A stretch of DNA of 64,000 nt from the NCBI GenBank assembly GCA_013265495.1, contig MU062133.1:5409819-5473818 (forward strand). The letters run 5' to 3'. Source of the DNA: Vicugna vicugna (taxonomy: Eukaryota). The notes below the pieces were generated by a model. The model did no database searches. It worked only from the letters and a program-made list of their open reading frames with translations, and was not told where the DNA came from. A program made the translations under genes and the position numbers. Below, in pieces: positions 14,030-28,010 of the stretch (positions within the stretch are counted from its first letter, which is position 1; every line of letters starts with the position of its first letter).

Positions 14030-14890
14030 GAAAAATACAGAAAGATTTCAGCTTTTTAAGTAAACTTAGCATGGCCAAAGGATAAAAGGAAAAAAGTTTG
14101 AAGTAATGTATTTCTATATTCAAGCATCAATTGGAGAATGAATTTTTAAAAGTCTACAACAGCATCAAAAGACATAAATTCTTTGGAATAAATTTAAGAA
14201 AAGACATACAAAACCTTTAATGAAAACTATTAAATATTGCTAAATGAAACTGAACGAGGTCTAGGTAAGTTGAGGGATATACTGTTTTTAAGGATTAGAA
14301 GATTGAATATTGTTAAGTTCTATAGATTCAACAAAATCCTAATCCAAATCTCACATGCTTTTATGACACAAAGTATTCCATAATTTCTATGGAAATGCAA
14401 AGCATTGACACCAGACAAAATAATATTTAAAAAGAAGGACAAATTTAAAGGACTCACTCTCTGATTTTAAAATGTATTATAAGGTTACAGTAACAAGACA
14501 AAGTGATGTGGATAAAAGGGTAGAGAAACTGATCATAGAACAGACTAGAGTCCACAAAGAGAGACATACATACATGATCAGATGAGTTTAGACAAAAGTG
14601 CCAGGGAAATTCCATTGGAAATTGAAAGTTTTTTTCTAATAACTTCTGCTAAACAACTTGATAAGTATATGGGAAAAAAATCCCAACTTCTCCCTAGCAC
14701 TGAGCACAATTAATTTGAGATGACTATACATCTAAATGTAAAGATAATACTGTAACACTTCTAGAAGAAAATGCAGATGATTCCCAACGTGGGGTGAGTA
14801 GAGATTTAGGAGACAGAGCACAGAAAGCTCTGAATGGAAAATTAAGTAATGGTAAATTAGACATCATTAAAAATTAAAATATCTCCATAC
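14030..14890 (+). mobile_element. Old L1 ORF2 fragment
   Basis: Sense ORF2 motifs (ggaataaatttaagaaaagacatacaaaacc...gattagaagattgaatattgttaag...tatagattcaacaaaatcctaatccaaat), with many stops. Confidence 0.8.
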
Positions 14891-15014
14891 AACACAAGGT
14901 TATTATAATAATCAAATTCTATAATGGATATGGAAATCACTTCAGGGATATAAACACAAAACAAATTTATTTGCCTTCAGTAAACAGTCTATTTATACCC
15001 TCGCACTTATAAGT

Positions 15015-16260
15015 TATTTAATCAACAAACATTTATTAGTAACTGTTATGTTCAATCACTAAAGTAGGCTCTTTAAAGAATTAAGCAGATCCCTGACCTC
15101 AGAGAACTTTCTATCTAGTAATTTACGTTGGCAGTTGTACGTGAGAAAAGCTGTCCTGGGGGCAGATAGAGGATCCTGTAGTCATTCATTGATGGTTTTG
15201 TAAGTCTGTCTTAACTTAGGGAGTGACAGCTAACTGGAGTCCTAAAAGCTAAGAAGCAACTAACCAGGTGAAGAAATAGGTATGGTGTTTGGGAGATGGG
15301 GGTGGAAGGAGGTTGAATTGAAGAAGAGATGTTCCAGGCAGAAAAATACACCACAGGCAAAGGTTCTGGGAAGAGAGAAAGATGGAGCAAATTAATAGGG
15401 ATGAAGCGACCTTCAGGATGACTGAGCACAGAGCATGAGAATGGTGTGGTGGTGGGTGAAAAGGGGAGAGATAAAGCTGGATACAAAAGTGGAAATTTGG
15501 GTTTTGAAAATTTTATTTGGGAAATTAGATTTTATTTTGGGGGCAATGGGAAGATAGTGAAGTGTTTTGTTTGCTTTTATTAGAAAGTGTCTGGATGCAC
15601 TGGAAATTCTTAGCTATAGTGGGCAGAATAGATTGTGTGTTGGCAAGGTTGTAGGGGACTAGAACAGGAGCTGAAGAAACCTGTAAAGAAACTGAAAAGT
15701 GCAGAGAGTAGACAATCATAACCTAAATGAACAGCAGCAGGTGGTCTGGAGAGAAACGCATAGAACAGGTTTGGGAGAGATCTGATAGAACTTGGTTCTG
15801 TCAGGAATGAAGATAGAGATTCTTCTACGAATCTGCATGTGTCAAGTTGGAGAAACTGCCCCACTTTATCCTATGCTGCAAAATGGTGAAAGAATAAAAA
15901 AGAAGACAAATGATAAAAAGTGTCCATGAGTTTGAGCAAGAAGGAGGTCTTTGGTCGAATAATGAGATGAATTCCAGTGTGGTGATGGGGCAGAAGATGA
16001 ATTTCGGTAGTTAAAGGATTGAATAGGAGAACAAGTCATATTAATTTTAAGTAAGTTTTTTAATGTAAACTTAACTGTGAATAGACAGAAAAAGGCTGTA
16101 ACTGAGGGAGGCAAAAGGTCAAGGGCAGAGGTTTTTAAATTTTTTTCTTAAGTTGAAAGAGATTTTAGTATGTTTAGCTGTATTGTAAGGAAGCCAAAAC
16201 AAAGGGAGAGATTAAAGGAACAAAGAGGAAGGGAAGAAGAATCCACACAGTGATATTCTA

Positions 16261-16300
<40 letters not shown>

Positions 16301-17000
16301 CAAGACATAAGGCTGCTACTGACCATCTTGAAAGAAAAACAGTGCATTAACGTAGGAAATTTTGAAATCGGCTGTATAAAAATGGAAAGGTTAACTAAAA
16401 GAATATGTTTGCTGGGAGTCTTTGAGGTCCTAGTTCACACTGGCGACCTTGTGCATATGTGGTATTTAACTACTTGACTATGTACTTTGATTCAACGATG
16501 CTCCAGAACATAAGCTAAGACACAAAGAAGCTGCACCATTGCTTTGTATAAGTGACTTTTAGCTGAGAAAAGCTGAGACTACTGGCGAGGATGGTTGATG
16601 TGAAAGTCCATGGTGCATAAGCTGGACACAGAAAGAAACAAAAACTGGGTGAGGCTGAGAGATAAGGAGCAAGTAGAGGAGATTGCAGACTACGGATCTT
16701 GATAATAAAGTTATAGACTCAGTTACTCAGTGAGACTCTTCAATGAGGGACCAGGAAAGACAGGAGACTCAAGTTAGAGAACAGCAGGTTTAAACATAAG
16801 CTCTTAGAAGTTGAATCGTTCCCACGAGTGGCAAGTTCCAGGCAGGCATGACTGAAGTGGGGTGGACATAAAGAGCAAGTGGAACCAGCAAGGTCAAGGT
16901 TTGGAATGGCCATCACAGTGGACATGGAAATCACTCATAATAATGGCTTGTGTGGGAATGGAGAGAGTCAAGTACAGCAAGATGCCCAGAAGTCAAGAAA
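15015..17000 (-). mobile_element. Long decayed L2 LINE
   Basis: Begins with the reverse complement of the L2 3' end (caacaaacatttattag...ccctgacctcagagaactttctatctagt). Purine-rich body follows, with an ORF2-like motif atggccatcacagtggacatggaaatcactcataataatggc. Confidence 0.6.
16265..16298. repeat. (GT)17 microsatellite
   Basis: Perfect GT dinucleotide run read directly. Confidence 0.97.
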
Positions 17001-20000
17001 GCAAGACAAATGATGCACTGAGGTTGCTACAGGCAGACGGAACACCTGTGCAGGGGCAGGACCCGCAGAAGGTACATGGCTAGTTTCAGAATTGTGAGTG
17101 TGGCTGCCTGGAGCACAGGGCTGAGGACTGGAAGCAAAGTGGAGAGGAAAAGGTTGCAGAGGTCTTGTATTCACATTTTATTACAAGGAACCTGTGAAAG
17201 TGTATTTATTTCCCAAGAGATAAATAGAAAAAGAACCAGATGTTTACAAACATATTTGTCTGACCTTTGTGGATTTAAGCAGGTTATATGACAACAGGGA
17301 AGTCCGATGGCACTGTCATTGTCTCTGAATTGAAAAAGTCGTAGAAAACTTTAAACAGTACTCATTACAGTTTCCAAAATTTGCTCTCAGTCTCCAGAAA
17401 CCTCTTAGGACTAGAAACTTGATGAGGAGGTGGTTTTAAAATGAATAAAGATGTTTGCAGCAGGAAAAAAAAATAAAAGAGCTGTTGGTGGAGAGAGACA
17501 GAGTTGGTCCATAATTAATATGAACATCAATCTTTTTGAAATGTTAGAATGAAAGCCTATTGCTGCTGAAATAATTTTATTCACTTGTCTCTTAAAATAG
17601 CACAGGAAGCGAAAGAAAGGGACATGGGCAAGCGAGAGGTTTGCGAAAACAATGGTGCCTCGTTTCTTTTCATATTTCCTTGCTGTGCAAGGTCCTAGAG
17701 GTTGGGGTTAGTGTATGTCAGATTCTGGGTCAAACTGCTCCTAGACGCCCCCCACCCCCGACAGAAGCAGTTACTGTATTGAGCAGTAGAAATATCTCCA
17801 GAGACTGGGAACTTACTTGGTTTATATGTATTACAATTTGTACTATAAATGAAGTCATGCTCCAGAGGTATTTCAACCTGAAGTGTACTCTTTCCTCATC
17901 ACACATCCTAGAAACGCCTCGGAAAAATGCTAACAATGTTTCATATAACGCCAACATGACTGATTACATAATAAAGCATTATAAGTCTCTTGTTGAGTGG
18001 TCTCTATGGGCACCCATGCACTTTAAACATATCACTTCCTTCAGTCCTTACCTCAGCCCTCTGTGACAGACATAATCCCCACATAGAAGAAAGGAAAATA
18101 GAGGCTCAGAAAGGCTGCAGAGTCAAATAGTATATTTTAGATGTAAGTGACTGCTCCCCCTATGATCTTTCTACCCTGTCACAGTGCCTTCTGAGCAAAA
18201 TTCTCTCTGGTTACTGGCACTTTCTCAGAAAAGATCTGGAAAGGAAATGACAAAGTATTCCCTGTTGCTGTCACAGCAGTGTTGGTTCCAGCTCAGTGGC
18301 CACATAATGATCAGAGAGCAGACCTAAGTCCCCAGGTGAATACAGTGGATCCACGACTTCCCTTACATCCATTCCTGGAGCTTGACCTCTGTCTGAAAGT
18401 ACACCAGAACAAAGTGAAGATTTTTGTCCTTCCCAATGTTGGACAGGGTTCAGTCCCTCAAAGAAAGGGTCAGTATGTCCTGGTGACGATCTTGATTCAT
18501 GTATTGATTCATTCAGCGTGCATTTACTGAGCACCATCTATGAACTACATTCTGTTATGGGCACTCAGGCTATCTGTTCCTGCCCTCAATGAGCTCACAA
18601 ATCAGTGAGGGTGAAGCCACGAGGATAAATAACAAGGCACAGTAACAAGGGCAAAGACAGCTTTATGCAGACTCCAAAGAAGTGGGCAAAGGGAGAGATG
18701 TGAAGATGGGAGGGTGCATCACAGGATTCTCAATGGATACCATGGACCACACTCTGTCTTACATTCCCTGCCTCCAAGGACATTCTTTAGCCATATCCCA
18801 AATAGACAGACTCAGGGCCTTGAAGCTAATCAAGTTTTGCAGCCACAAGTCAATACAGTATCAAAGGAAAAATAAATAAAAACTGAAGACTTATTTTCCA
18901 GTCTAACTGATAATTTTATAATAAAAATGTGTTCCTACTAAACAAATGTGACTATAAGACCAAAATATATTGGTTTGCTCATTGTTGATTTTCAGACATC
19001 AGTCTTTTCTTTCCAGGTTTCTGAAGATACCTTTTATCTGAAGATACATTTTAACAATTGGGAATTGTGCTTATCGTAAGCCACAGAAATCCTGGCAAAT
19101 AAAAGTAAGGTAGTTTTGTTCTCAGTTTTTCCCTCACGAAAATACAAAGTCTGGTTGCAGGCTTGGCTAGTGTAGCTTCAGAGGCTCAGCGGAGTCCCTG
19201 ACTCAATTTGCTTTTTTTCCTTTAGTCTGTCTTAAGCGAGCTGCTGCTGTTCCACAGCTGCTACTGTGTTCAGAGAGCTGAGCCGAGGTTTCTCCCAGGC
19301 AGAAAGAAGAGGACCAGCAGAGGAAAGGGGGCAGGCACCAGCTGAGCCTACACTTCCTTTCAGGCGCTTTCCTGGAAGCCCCACCTACTAACTTCGGCTT
19401 ACATCTCAAAGACCGCTACTCCACTGTGGTGTCTCACCTGTCACATCACAAAAACCGAACACCACTACTGTGCCACTATTCGAGCTACAAGGGAGGCTGG
19501 GAACTGATGTGTATATACATGTATAAAATATATATATATGTACATAATATCAATTTATAAAATATTATATAAGTATGTATTTTTACTGGCTACATTGTTG
19601 CTTCTCTGCCCATAGGGTTCTGTTAGCAAGAAAGACAGGAAGAATGACTACTGAGAATGTAAATATCCATCCCAGCCACAATCCTTAATATCATTTATCT
19701 TTAGAAATCCGTGTTGCTTTGGTGTTTTAGGAAAACTTATAAATCACTCTATGTTAATAAATTGTAATGCAGCAGGAAGGAAAACAAGTTAGTGTGTTTA
19801 GCTCCACTACTAGTAACACAGAATTATTTATAGCTCTAAAAACAAAGACCTGCAGACAGGATGCTAAAGTATTGCTGGTTTCTTTGTGCCAACTGATTCA
19901 ATTTATACATTTACATTCATTTTTTAAAATTCTAGCCGTTGCTTAATAACTTTATGTGAATACGTTTAAGCATTGGTTCATGAACTATGTGTTTTTATTA

Positions 20001-20418
20001 TAAGAGAAATGCAAAGTGTCAAAAGAAAGGGTCTTAAATTTTTCTGCTTTGATATTTTGAGTCTTAGGGAAAGAGAAGATATAGCATGAAGCAAAATGCA
20101 ATCTGATTTGAAGTTGATATTCTTAGCCTAGCAATTCCAGCTAGCAAAGCAATTTACTGATTTGAAATAGCACCCTTCTTAAAAGACAGAGCTGCTGTCT
20201 TTATATGCATATGCGATGCATATATATGTCTATATATACGTAATTAATGTATGCATACATACACATAGGTGTATTGAACATCTCAAACACATATTTTCTT
20301 CTAAAACGAGGCTTACAAATTTTAAGTTGCTTTGTTTTACTGTTGCTAAAGAACAAGACCATTTCTTGTTACATTCATTCACTTATTTTTTATATTCCGC
20401 ATATAAATGAAAATGTAT

Positions 20419-20650
20419 GGGGGGGAGGCAAAATAGGGGAAGGGGATAAGTATGAACTATTAGGTATAAAGTAAATAAGATATCAGGATGTAATGTATAA
20501 CATAAAGGATACAACCATTATTTTATAATAACTTTAAATAGAATATAATCTATAAAAATATCATATCACCATGCTGTATACCTGAAATGAATATAACATT
20601 GTAAATCAACTACAGTTCAATAAAAACCAAACAAACAAACAAACAAAACA
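20419..20650 (+). mobile_element. L1 3' end (L1MA9-like, older family) with (CAAA)n tail
   Basis: aactattaggtataaagtaaataagatatcaggatgtaatgtataac...ctgtatacctgaaatgaatataacattgtaaatcaactacagttcaataaaaa then caaacaaacaaac. Confidence 0.85.
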
Positions 20651-22484
20651 CTCCTTGGAACAAACCCTCCCTTCCATCGAAAAGAAACCTCTCAATATTT
20701 TGTGTAGGGATAAACTCAGAATACTTCACCTCATTGCAAGGGATAAATTAGTTGACCAACTTATTTCAGTTGAAAATGGTTGACCAATTTATTTAGCTCC
20801 CTGTCATCCTTTTAATATCTTGGCAGTTTTATTACTTAAATTTACTAATTTCTGAGTCACTACTATTTTCTGTATAAATATTACTGGACATATTAATATA
20901 TAATAGTAAATCAAATGATCCTTTTAGTTGTTTGACTGTTTTATCACATGATAAAACATTTGTTTACATTTATTACGAACCAAGACCTCTGCTGGGCCCT
21001 AATAATATCGATAGGACCTCATACCCCTGTGTTTTCAATACTGTAAACAATGGACAAGCAGTTACAATACCATGCTATAAATTCCACAACAGAAATATGT
21101 GATCTCAAAAATGTTTTCCTGAAATATAAGTTGAGTAGAGCAGGCTGGGAGGAAATAATTTAGTCATTTCCAAATCCAATATCTCTATTTTACACTGGTC
21201 AATAAATACACAAATGTACTCCATTTTTGTAAGAATGCAATACGCTCTCATCCTTAGCAGTAAGTCATATTTTCCACTAAAACGTCTGACTAAATTAAAG
21301 CACAAATCATTGAGAAATAGAAGGTTTACCAAATTATTGTAGCTAGATGAGTAACAATTGAGATTTAAATTCATTTAGCTTCACGTGACAGCATTCACTG
21401 ATGTAAATTTTGATGAATTAGAAGTGAAAGTTAAAAAGAATTAAGGATACATCAGAAATGTAACAAAAGAAAAATAGTATAACTGAAAAAAAAGAACTTT
21501 TCAAAAAACGAAGTAATCTGTGTATCTGGCTTACAATGTGGACTTTGTGCTGACTTTTGCTTCCCCGACCCATCCTTTGCTGGATTATGCTCTCTTATTC
21601 ACAGTATTTTTATTTGTCCTTTGTGCTTCTTGCATCTATTTCTCTGTACATCTCTTAATGGATACTGGATGTCCTCAGGGAAAATTGAGAAAAGGAAAAA
21701 TAAGAAATGATAACCTTTACGCGTAGGAAGTATGTTGTTTGCTCACAACTGTTTCCTAGAACCTAGCACAGCCCTTGTACATAATAGGTGCTTAATCATA
21801 TTTGTTGACTAAATGAATAATTGGATGAGAACAAGAATACCAGTGGCAAGTCAGGGGAGCTTTGAAAGAATCAAGAATCACAGGATAATAGAGCTGGCGA
21901 AAAAAAAAAAAAAAGATTGAGAATTCACTTAGTTAAGTTTTTCAATTCGCAGATAAGGAAACTGAAGCCCAGAATAGTAAAATGACTTGCAGATCACACA
22001 GCTTCTAAGAGACAGAGAGTAAATAAATGAAAATTGATACTTCCCTTTTTAAGTCTACCAGAACACTCAAAATAGATCTAAAGTTGTGATTACAGACCCG
22101 ATCATCCAAGAAAAACACTTTCTCTTCACATTTTAAAAATGTATTTAGACATTCCTTTAACTTAAGCAGAGAGGAAAGCTGGAGTAGATACCTTCTACTT
22201 GCAGACTGGCAATAATCTGATCAGTTTTATGAACTTTCTACCATTAGTTTTTGATATGAGATCTGGAGGTGAAACTTCTTTACCGACTAGAAGGTTAGTT
22301 GCTGGCAGAGTAGGACGGGAGCTCAGTCCCCCTGGGTTCAAGTCTAATGCTCTTTCACCACACCCTTACACTAGCCAGAACATACCTTATTACACACAGA
22401 AGCACTGGGGTGAGACAGCAGCACTTGACAGCAATGCATTTTAAGAATAAGTGAGGAAAAGACTTTTACTTAAAGAAACTTAGT

Positions 22485-22632
22485 GGGGGAAGATATAGCT
22501 TAAGTGGTAGAGTACATGCCCTAGCACACACAAGGTCCTGGGTTCAATCCCCAGCACCTCCCCTAAAAATAAATAAATAAATGAACCTAATTACCTCCCC
22601 AAAAAAATAAAATTAAAAAAAAAAAAGCTCAG
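22485..22632 (+). mobile_element. tRNA-derived SINE, camelid Vic-1 type
   Basis: gggggaagatatagcttaagtggtagag...ggtcctgggttcaatccccagcacctcc head with A and B boxes, then aaataaatgaacctaattacctcccc and an A-tail. TSD taaagaaactta at 22471-22482 and 22633-22644. Confidence 0.92.
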
Positions 22633-25600
22633 TAAAGAAACTTACTAAAATTAATTCTTCAATAGGATATGCAAAACATAGCAAATTTATTCAATCAGCA
22701 TTTATTTGTTCAGCTTATACTTTTGTTCCAGCTTATTAATCACCTACAATATGGAGACAAAGTATAGGGTACAAGACACATAATGATGGATAGATTAGAA
22801 GGCATCCCTGTCCTCATGAAGCTTTCAGTTTAAGGATGAAGGATCAACAGTGAGATGGAGTTAGCACAGCCCACCACTCTGGCAACTGGGCCAGTTTAGA
22901 GTAAAACTGTGACCACCTACTTGGAATATTCTAGTTATCTAAAATTAACTGAGGGATTGAGATTTTCTAGATGTGTAAGTCAAAATTATCTGAGAGAAAG
23001 TATTTCCATGTGACTAGCCTCTGGAATTTTTCTCATTTTTTGCTTAGAAAACTCTGCACCTAAAGAACCACAAATCCAAACCAGTGTTCAGCCTCATTAA
23101 AATGGACATAACTATGTCTTCAGTGAGCTTAATTAAATGGAATCAATCCACAGGGGGAAAAAATGAGTTCTTCAGGGAAAATAGGGTAGATAGTTTTAGG
23201 AATCTCTGGGGAACAGCAAACTTCAAAGCTTGCCAAATAAAGACCCAGGTATGTATACATATCCACCCTTTTCAAAGAGTGTTCAGATTAGTTATCTTAT
23301 TCAGGCTTTAGGATTTGAAATGCAACGTGTTTGCTCTCTATCTCTCCGGGTGGCCAGGGGGATGAGGACAGTGGCTTTCTTAAACTGACCTACTGAAGAG
23401 GAAATTCTTTTGTAAAAGAAACTTCATAGTAAAGTCAGTTGACTCTGCCATCTAGCAGCCCTAGTTTCCTGGGAAACATAAATAGCACAGGGAAGAGAGC
23501 CAAACGTGGACATCATCTCCTGGGCGGACTTCATTAGATGAGTCCTGGGCAGGCCTGGAAATTCCCAGACTGGCAGCATTCTTTTCCTTGAACTCTGTAT
23601 TTCCCTAAACTTGAAAGGAAGAAAGCAGGGTCACAGGGAACTGTGTTGCAAAGGGAAGAGGGGGGTGCTTGATCAGCCTGAGGTCCAGGGTACTCCAAAG
23701 GACTAAAAGGCCAGAAGCCAACGATGACAAGGCTAAAGCTATTGCCAGAAAGCCAGAGCCCAAGGAAAACTTGGGAAGAAGGACCATTCCAGGATCCGGA
23801 ATCCTGTTGTTCTACAGTGGGGACTACTGACGGTTTTAAAGTCTGACTGTATGCCAGGCAGGGTACTTATTGCTTTGTATTTCTCTCTTTGGATCCTCAG
23901 AGCACCATGAGTTGCCATCTATTCTGTCCATGACAATTTAACCCAGACAGATGTGTCCAAATACCTGGGCCATTCGGGACCCCTTGATGTGTCTGTACAG
24001 CATGGACCTCTTTTTCTATCACACACCCAAATCTTAATGGAGTTGCTGTTTTTCCTTCATATTTAAAGAAAATTATGTTTTCCTTTGTAAGTCCATCTTC
24101 CCTATTTATGAATTTTCCAAAAGTCAAACAGAAATTCAAATGCCTCTCTTTTAAACAAGAAGAGAAATACAGTATTTACCCAAAAGGAATATTTTACAAA
24201 AGGACTCCTGTGCACATCAGTGAATGTAAAACTGGAAGTAACCTTGGAAGAAGGTCAAGGTCTTGGCTAAAACTTCTCTCCTCTTATCCTGCTTGGTAAT
24301 CATCAAAGATCTAGTCGCTGGTCTCCATAGGGCAGCCAGAAAAGAAAACTCAGAGGCAGGAGCTATAACGTCAGATGGCAGAGAAATCTATGATTCCTGG
24401 CCTGGCCGCTCTGTTTTCGCAGCTTCCACAGACTTGTGAGGCTGCCTTACTCATCAGTCAGTTCAGGCATGTGATAGCAATTACTCATCCAGACACTAAA
24501 ATCAAGGAAGATGAGGAAAAGTCAGCTACAAACAAAGGTGGCCATTAACTGTTAACCTTGCTGCATTGTTTAGCATCACAGCAGACACGAGGGAGAAGAC
24601 GGAATTAAGAACTAAGGATCAGCAAATAACATAAAAGGTCACAGGGGATCGTATACTTCCAGTTGTCTCGTCTAGTGTTCTTTGGATCGAGTATTTGGAC
24701 CATTTTTCTGATTACAAAGCCTCTCTTACTAAAATGATGAAAAAGGAAGATATGTGGCTAATGTTTATGAGAGCATCACACTGTATATGTGTGTGCGTGC
24801 GTGCATGCGTGCCAGGTGCACACCCGTGTACGTAACAGTGTCTCTGTGTGTCTGTGCCTGTAAATGTGTGACTGTATACACACACTTAGTGTTTGGAACA
24901 AGCTCTGTGGGTTGTCACTATAGCAGTTAGCAATAATAACCAGAACGCCTCAGATACACACCTATTTGCCTCATATTTAAACTTAAGATCCCTCACTCTA
25001 TTACCCTCGCTTTATGACTTCCTGGGCCTCTCTCTGGATCTAAAACATTGACCTCCTAGAATAGGGGCTTTGGTTGTTCCCTTTGCCCTCTCCCTATGCC
25101 TCCCTCCAGTCCTCCCATCACATCAAGAATTGCAAAATGTTCCAGAGGAAGGAATTTTTTTCCAAAACCTGAAGAGGCTGGAGGTGAGCAGACTAGAATT
25201 CCTGGATTTACTGGCTATAACACAGACTTCCTCTTGGCCTTGCCTGTGGATTTTAAAAGCAAATTTCCTGCTTCTCTGGAAGTCAAACCTTGCCTGACCC
25301 ATTTTGAACCATGTATATTCACAAGCCTCTATCTACACCAAGACTGCCCTGAAGATACTGTGTTTCCTGGTACTTTTAATTAAGAATCCCAGTCTCTAAC
25401 AAGGGTATCCAGACTCAGCAGTAGCTACAAAGAGAAAGCGAGAAATAGTGGCAACAAACTGCTCCAAGCTGAGGGCAGAAAGTAGGATCAGTATCGATGG
25501 GAAATCATTGAATTCTGGCTCCAGTTAATCCTGAAGCATTAAGCATTTCTCCAGTGTTCCTCTCGGTGGTAGTAAACTGACTGCAAACTGTGATTTTTTA

Positions 25601-28010
25601 ATGGAAGATATGATGAACCATTCAGCTATGGCCTCAGCAACTCAGCTCAGATTCTGTCTTCCATTGTTTATTTGCTATTTTAATCCTTCAGGCTTTAGAA
25701 ACGAGACAACTCCTCTTAAGCAAACTTGTTCCCTGTAAAAGTTGCTAAGGACCCAAACTAAGTGAATCGTCATTCAGTGTCACTTTTCTCAAAGCATCAA
25801 TTTAATTTATACATGTTTTGAAAAGCGATATTGACTTTTACTGGTGTGTCTCAGCTTATTGGTTATAAACATGAAATGGTTTTATTTTATTTATTTTTTT
25901 TTTTTTTGAGAAACTACTTCCCAACTGTGCTGTGTCACTCCCCTTTCCTGATGGGAAATTTCTTTAATGAGATCTTGACCTCATTTCTTTAGTTTTCAGT
26001 CATTTTTAAGTTACTAGAGGAGTCTTACTCTAGTACAAAAGACTTTATTTCACATGATAATCTCAATTCTGACCAAAGTTTTTCCTTTCTCCTTCCTCAG
26101 CACAGGATAGAACTACGGCTTGAAGTGTGGTGGATGGAAGGAGTGGGGTAATGAGGGGTCAGCCTAGATTACAGACTTCCTGCCATCCCTCCTTCCTCTA
26201 GAAAACGTTTCTCAGATGTAGCATATGGTGAGGAAGGACAGGATGAGGGCAGGTGCACTCCTCTCACTTGATTGGACAGATGAAAACCACTTCTTCTTCA
26301 GTTGTTGCTGCTTCTCATGCTACCTCTGTGCCCATCTCTGTGACTTTGGATGGCTTTCTTCTGGGGCTTACTTGTGAGCTTTTCAGAAGGCTCCCCCCGC
26401 TGCACTGTTGTAGAGGATCCCACGCAGGTCTGCCTCCTCCATCCTCTCCTCTTTGCCCTCTAAGACAGCCACCCCCTGGCCTCTTGCTGCCAGACTCCCT
26501 CGCCCAGCAGGCAGTCATCTTGGATGGGGTTATGGCTGTTAGTTCGAATCTAAGTATTTTCCAGTCTTTACTAAGCTCTTAGGAAATTTACGTATTCTTC
26601 TCAGGACAAATTCTTTCCTTCGTCATCTTTTTCAGTTTCTTGGTCTCTTTCGAATTCCTTTTGGTTGCTCGGGCTGCACAAGGCATAATAGGCAGGTCAC
26701 CAGCAAAGCAGACTTGCAAGGAAGGGAGTGAAATGACAGTGTCTGCATCTCACAGGTCTCCACATCATTTTGAGTGATCCTCTTGGAATTCATCCCCTCC
26801 ACTGACTTGTAAAAAATGAAGCAATTTTATCTAGGGAAATAAAATCCTTCAAAAGGCAGTTTCTTTCCCCTGGTTCAGCCCTATGTTGTTTGGGAGGTCA
26901 GTCTCTTGCAGGGGTTATGATGGTTGGGTCAATTCTGAAGTCTTGCAGTTAATCTTACAGGAGGATGGCTGGCCCCATCTGGTGATGGCTATAAACCCAT
27001 ATAAATGAGAGCTTTTTAGCACCTTGCTTTCTCACTTTTGACCTTACCACTGTGTGTCTGATAAGACAAGAAAAAAACTTTAATTGATATCATATTGTAA
27101 ATAAACTGTAATCTTATACTTGTGCGCCCATGCTATTGAGAAAAACCCTGGTTGGAAGTGAGAAGCGTGAGTGCATCTAACCACAGCTGTCCTATTTTGA
27201 CATGATTGTTCCATTCTTACTGAGAGATGCGGTAATTCCTTCAGTCCAAATTAGCTTTGTCCTGGATCCTAATTTTCTGCTGGAGTAACACTCCTTTATC
27301 TTCCTTGTCCCAAAGTTGACCAACCCTAACTTGAATTCAGAGGTTCATCTGCGGCCCTCACACACATATTCTTTACGGCATCCATGGTTGCTCCACCACC
27401 TACCTTGGGGTGAAAGTGCTGAAGAACTGGGAAATCCCCATGGTTTCTCTTTAACATTCATACTTGTCCTCAAATGCCCCTGATTGCCATATTCCTCAGA
27501 ATCTCTTTTTTAATCAAGAGATGAGTGGTCAGTCTTCCCTTTATGGACAAATGGAGTGGGAGCCCCAGTGTCTAATGTCTGATTCTTCTGCTTTTCACCT
27601 GACCTTCTCCCACATCTTTGGTTCCTTTTAGCATGTGGATGAATAATTCAGATGTTTGCCTGCACTACTGTGAGTGCTGATTCTTTAAACTCTTCAGAAC
27701 AGTGTTTGAGCAACGCCCCTGTCTGACTCAAGAAGCAAGTCTCAAGCTTAGCACATAGACTAAAGTTTTCCTCAAATATCTGCTGCCCTGACAGATAAAT
27801 GGTTATATGAGTAGGTAGACCACAAATGACAGAATAAATAAGCCAGAAAATCCTCTGCCATACTAGCTCCATTATCCTGGGAATCATAGAGAAAGTAGAT
27901 TATATAAAGGATAAGCCCCAAATCAAGTGTTCCCTTTTAATGAGTTATGTGTTTTCAAGTTAAGTTACTTAAAGGTGGATTTAACTTTATTTTATTCAAT
28001 ATATACTAAT

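Noticed and set aside
17641-18066. 141-aa ORF
   Set aside because: Starts at TTG, runs into a MIR remnant, and has no recognisable homology.
19017-19075. Plus-strand 59-nt exon-like segment (VSEDTFYLKIHFNNWELCL)
   Set aside because: Isolated, peptide not recognised, and partly an internal 17-nt duplication.
22485-22560. tRNA-like sequence (also at 56641-56715)
   Set aside because: Followed by a family-specific tail and an A-run and flanked by TSDs, so these are SINE heads rather than tRNA genes.
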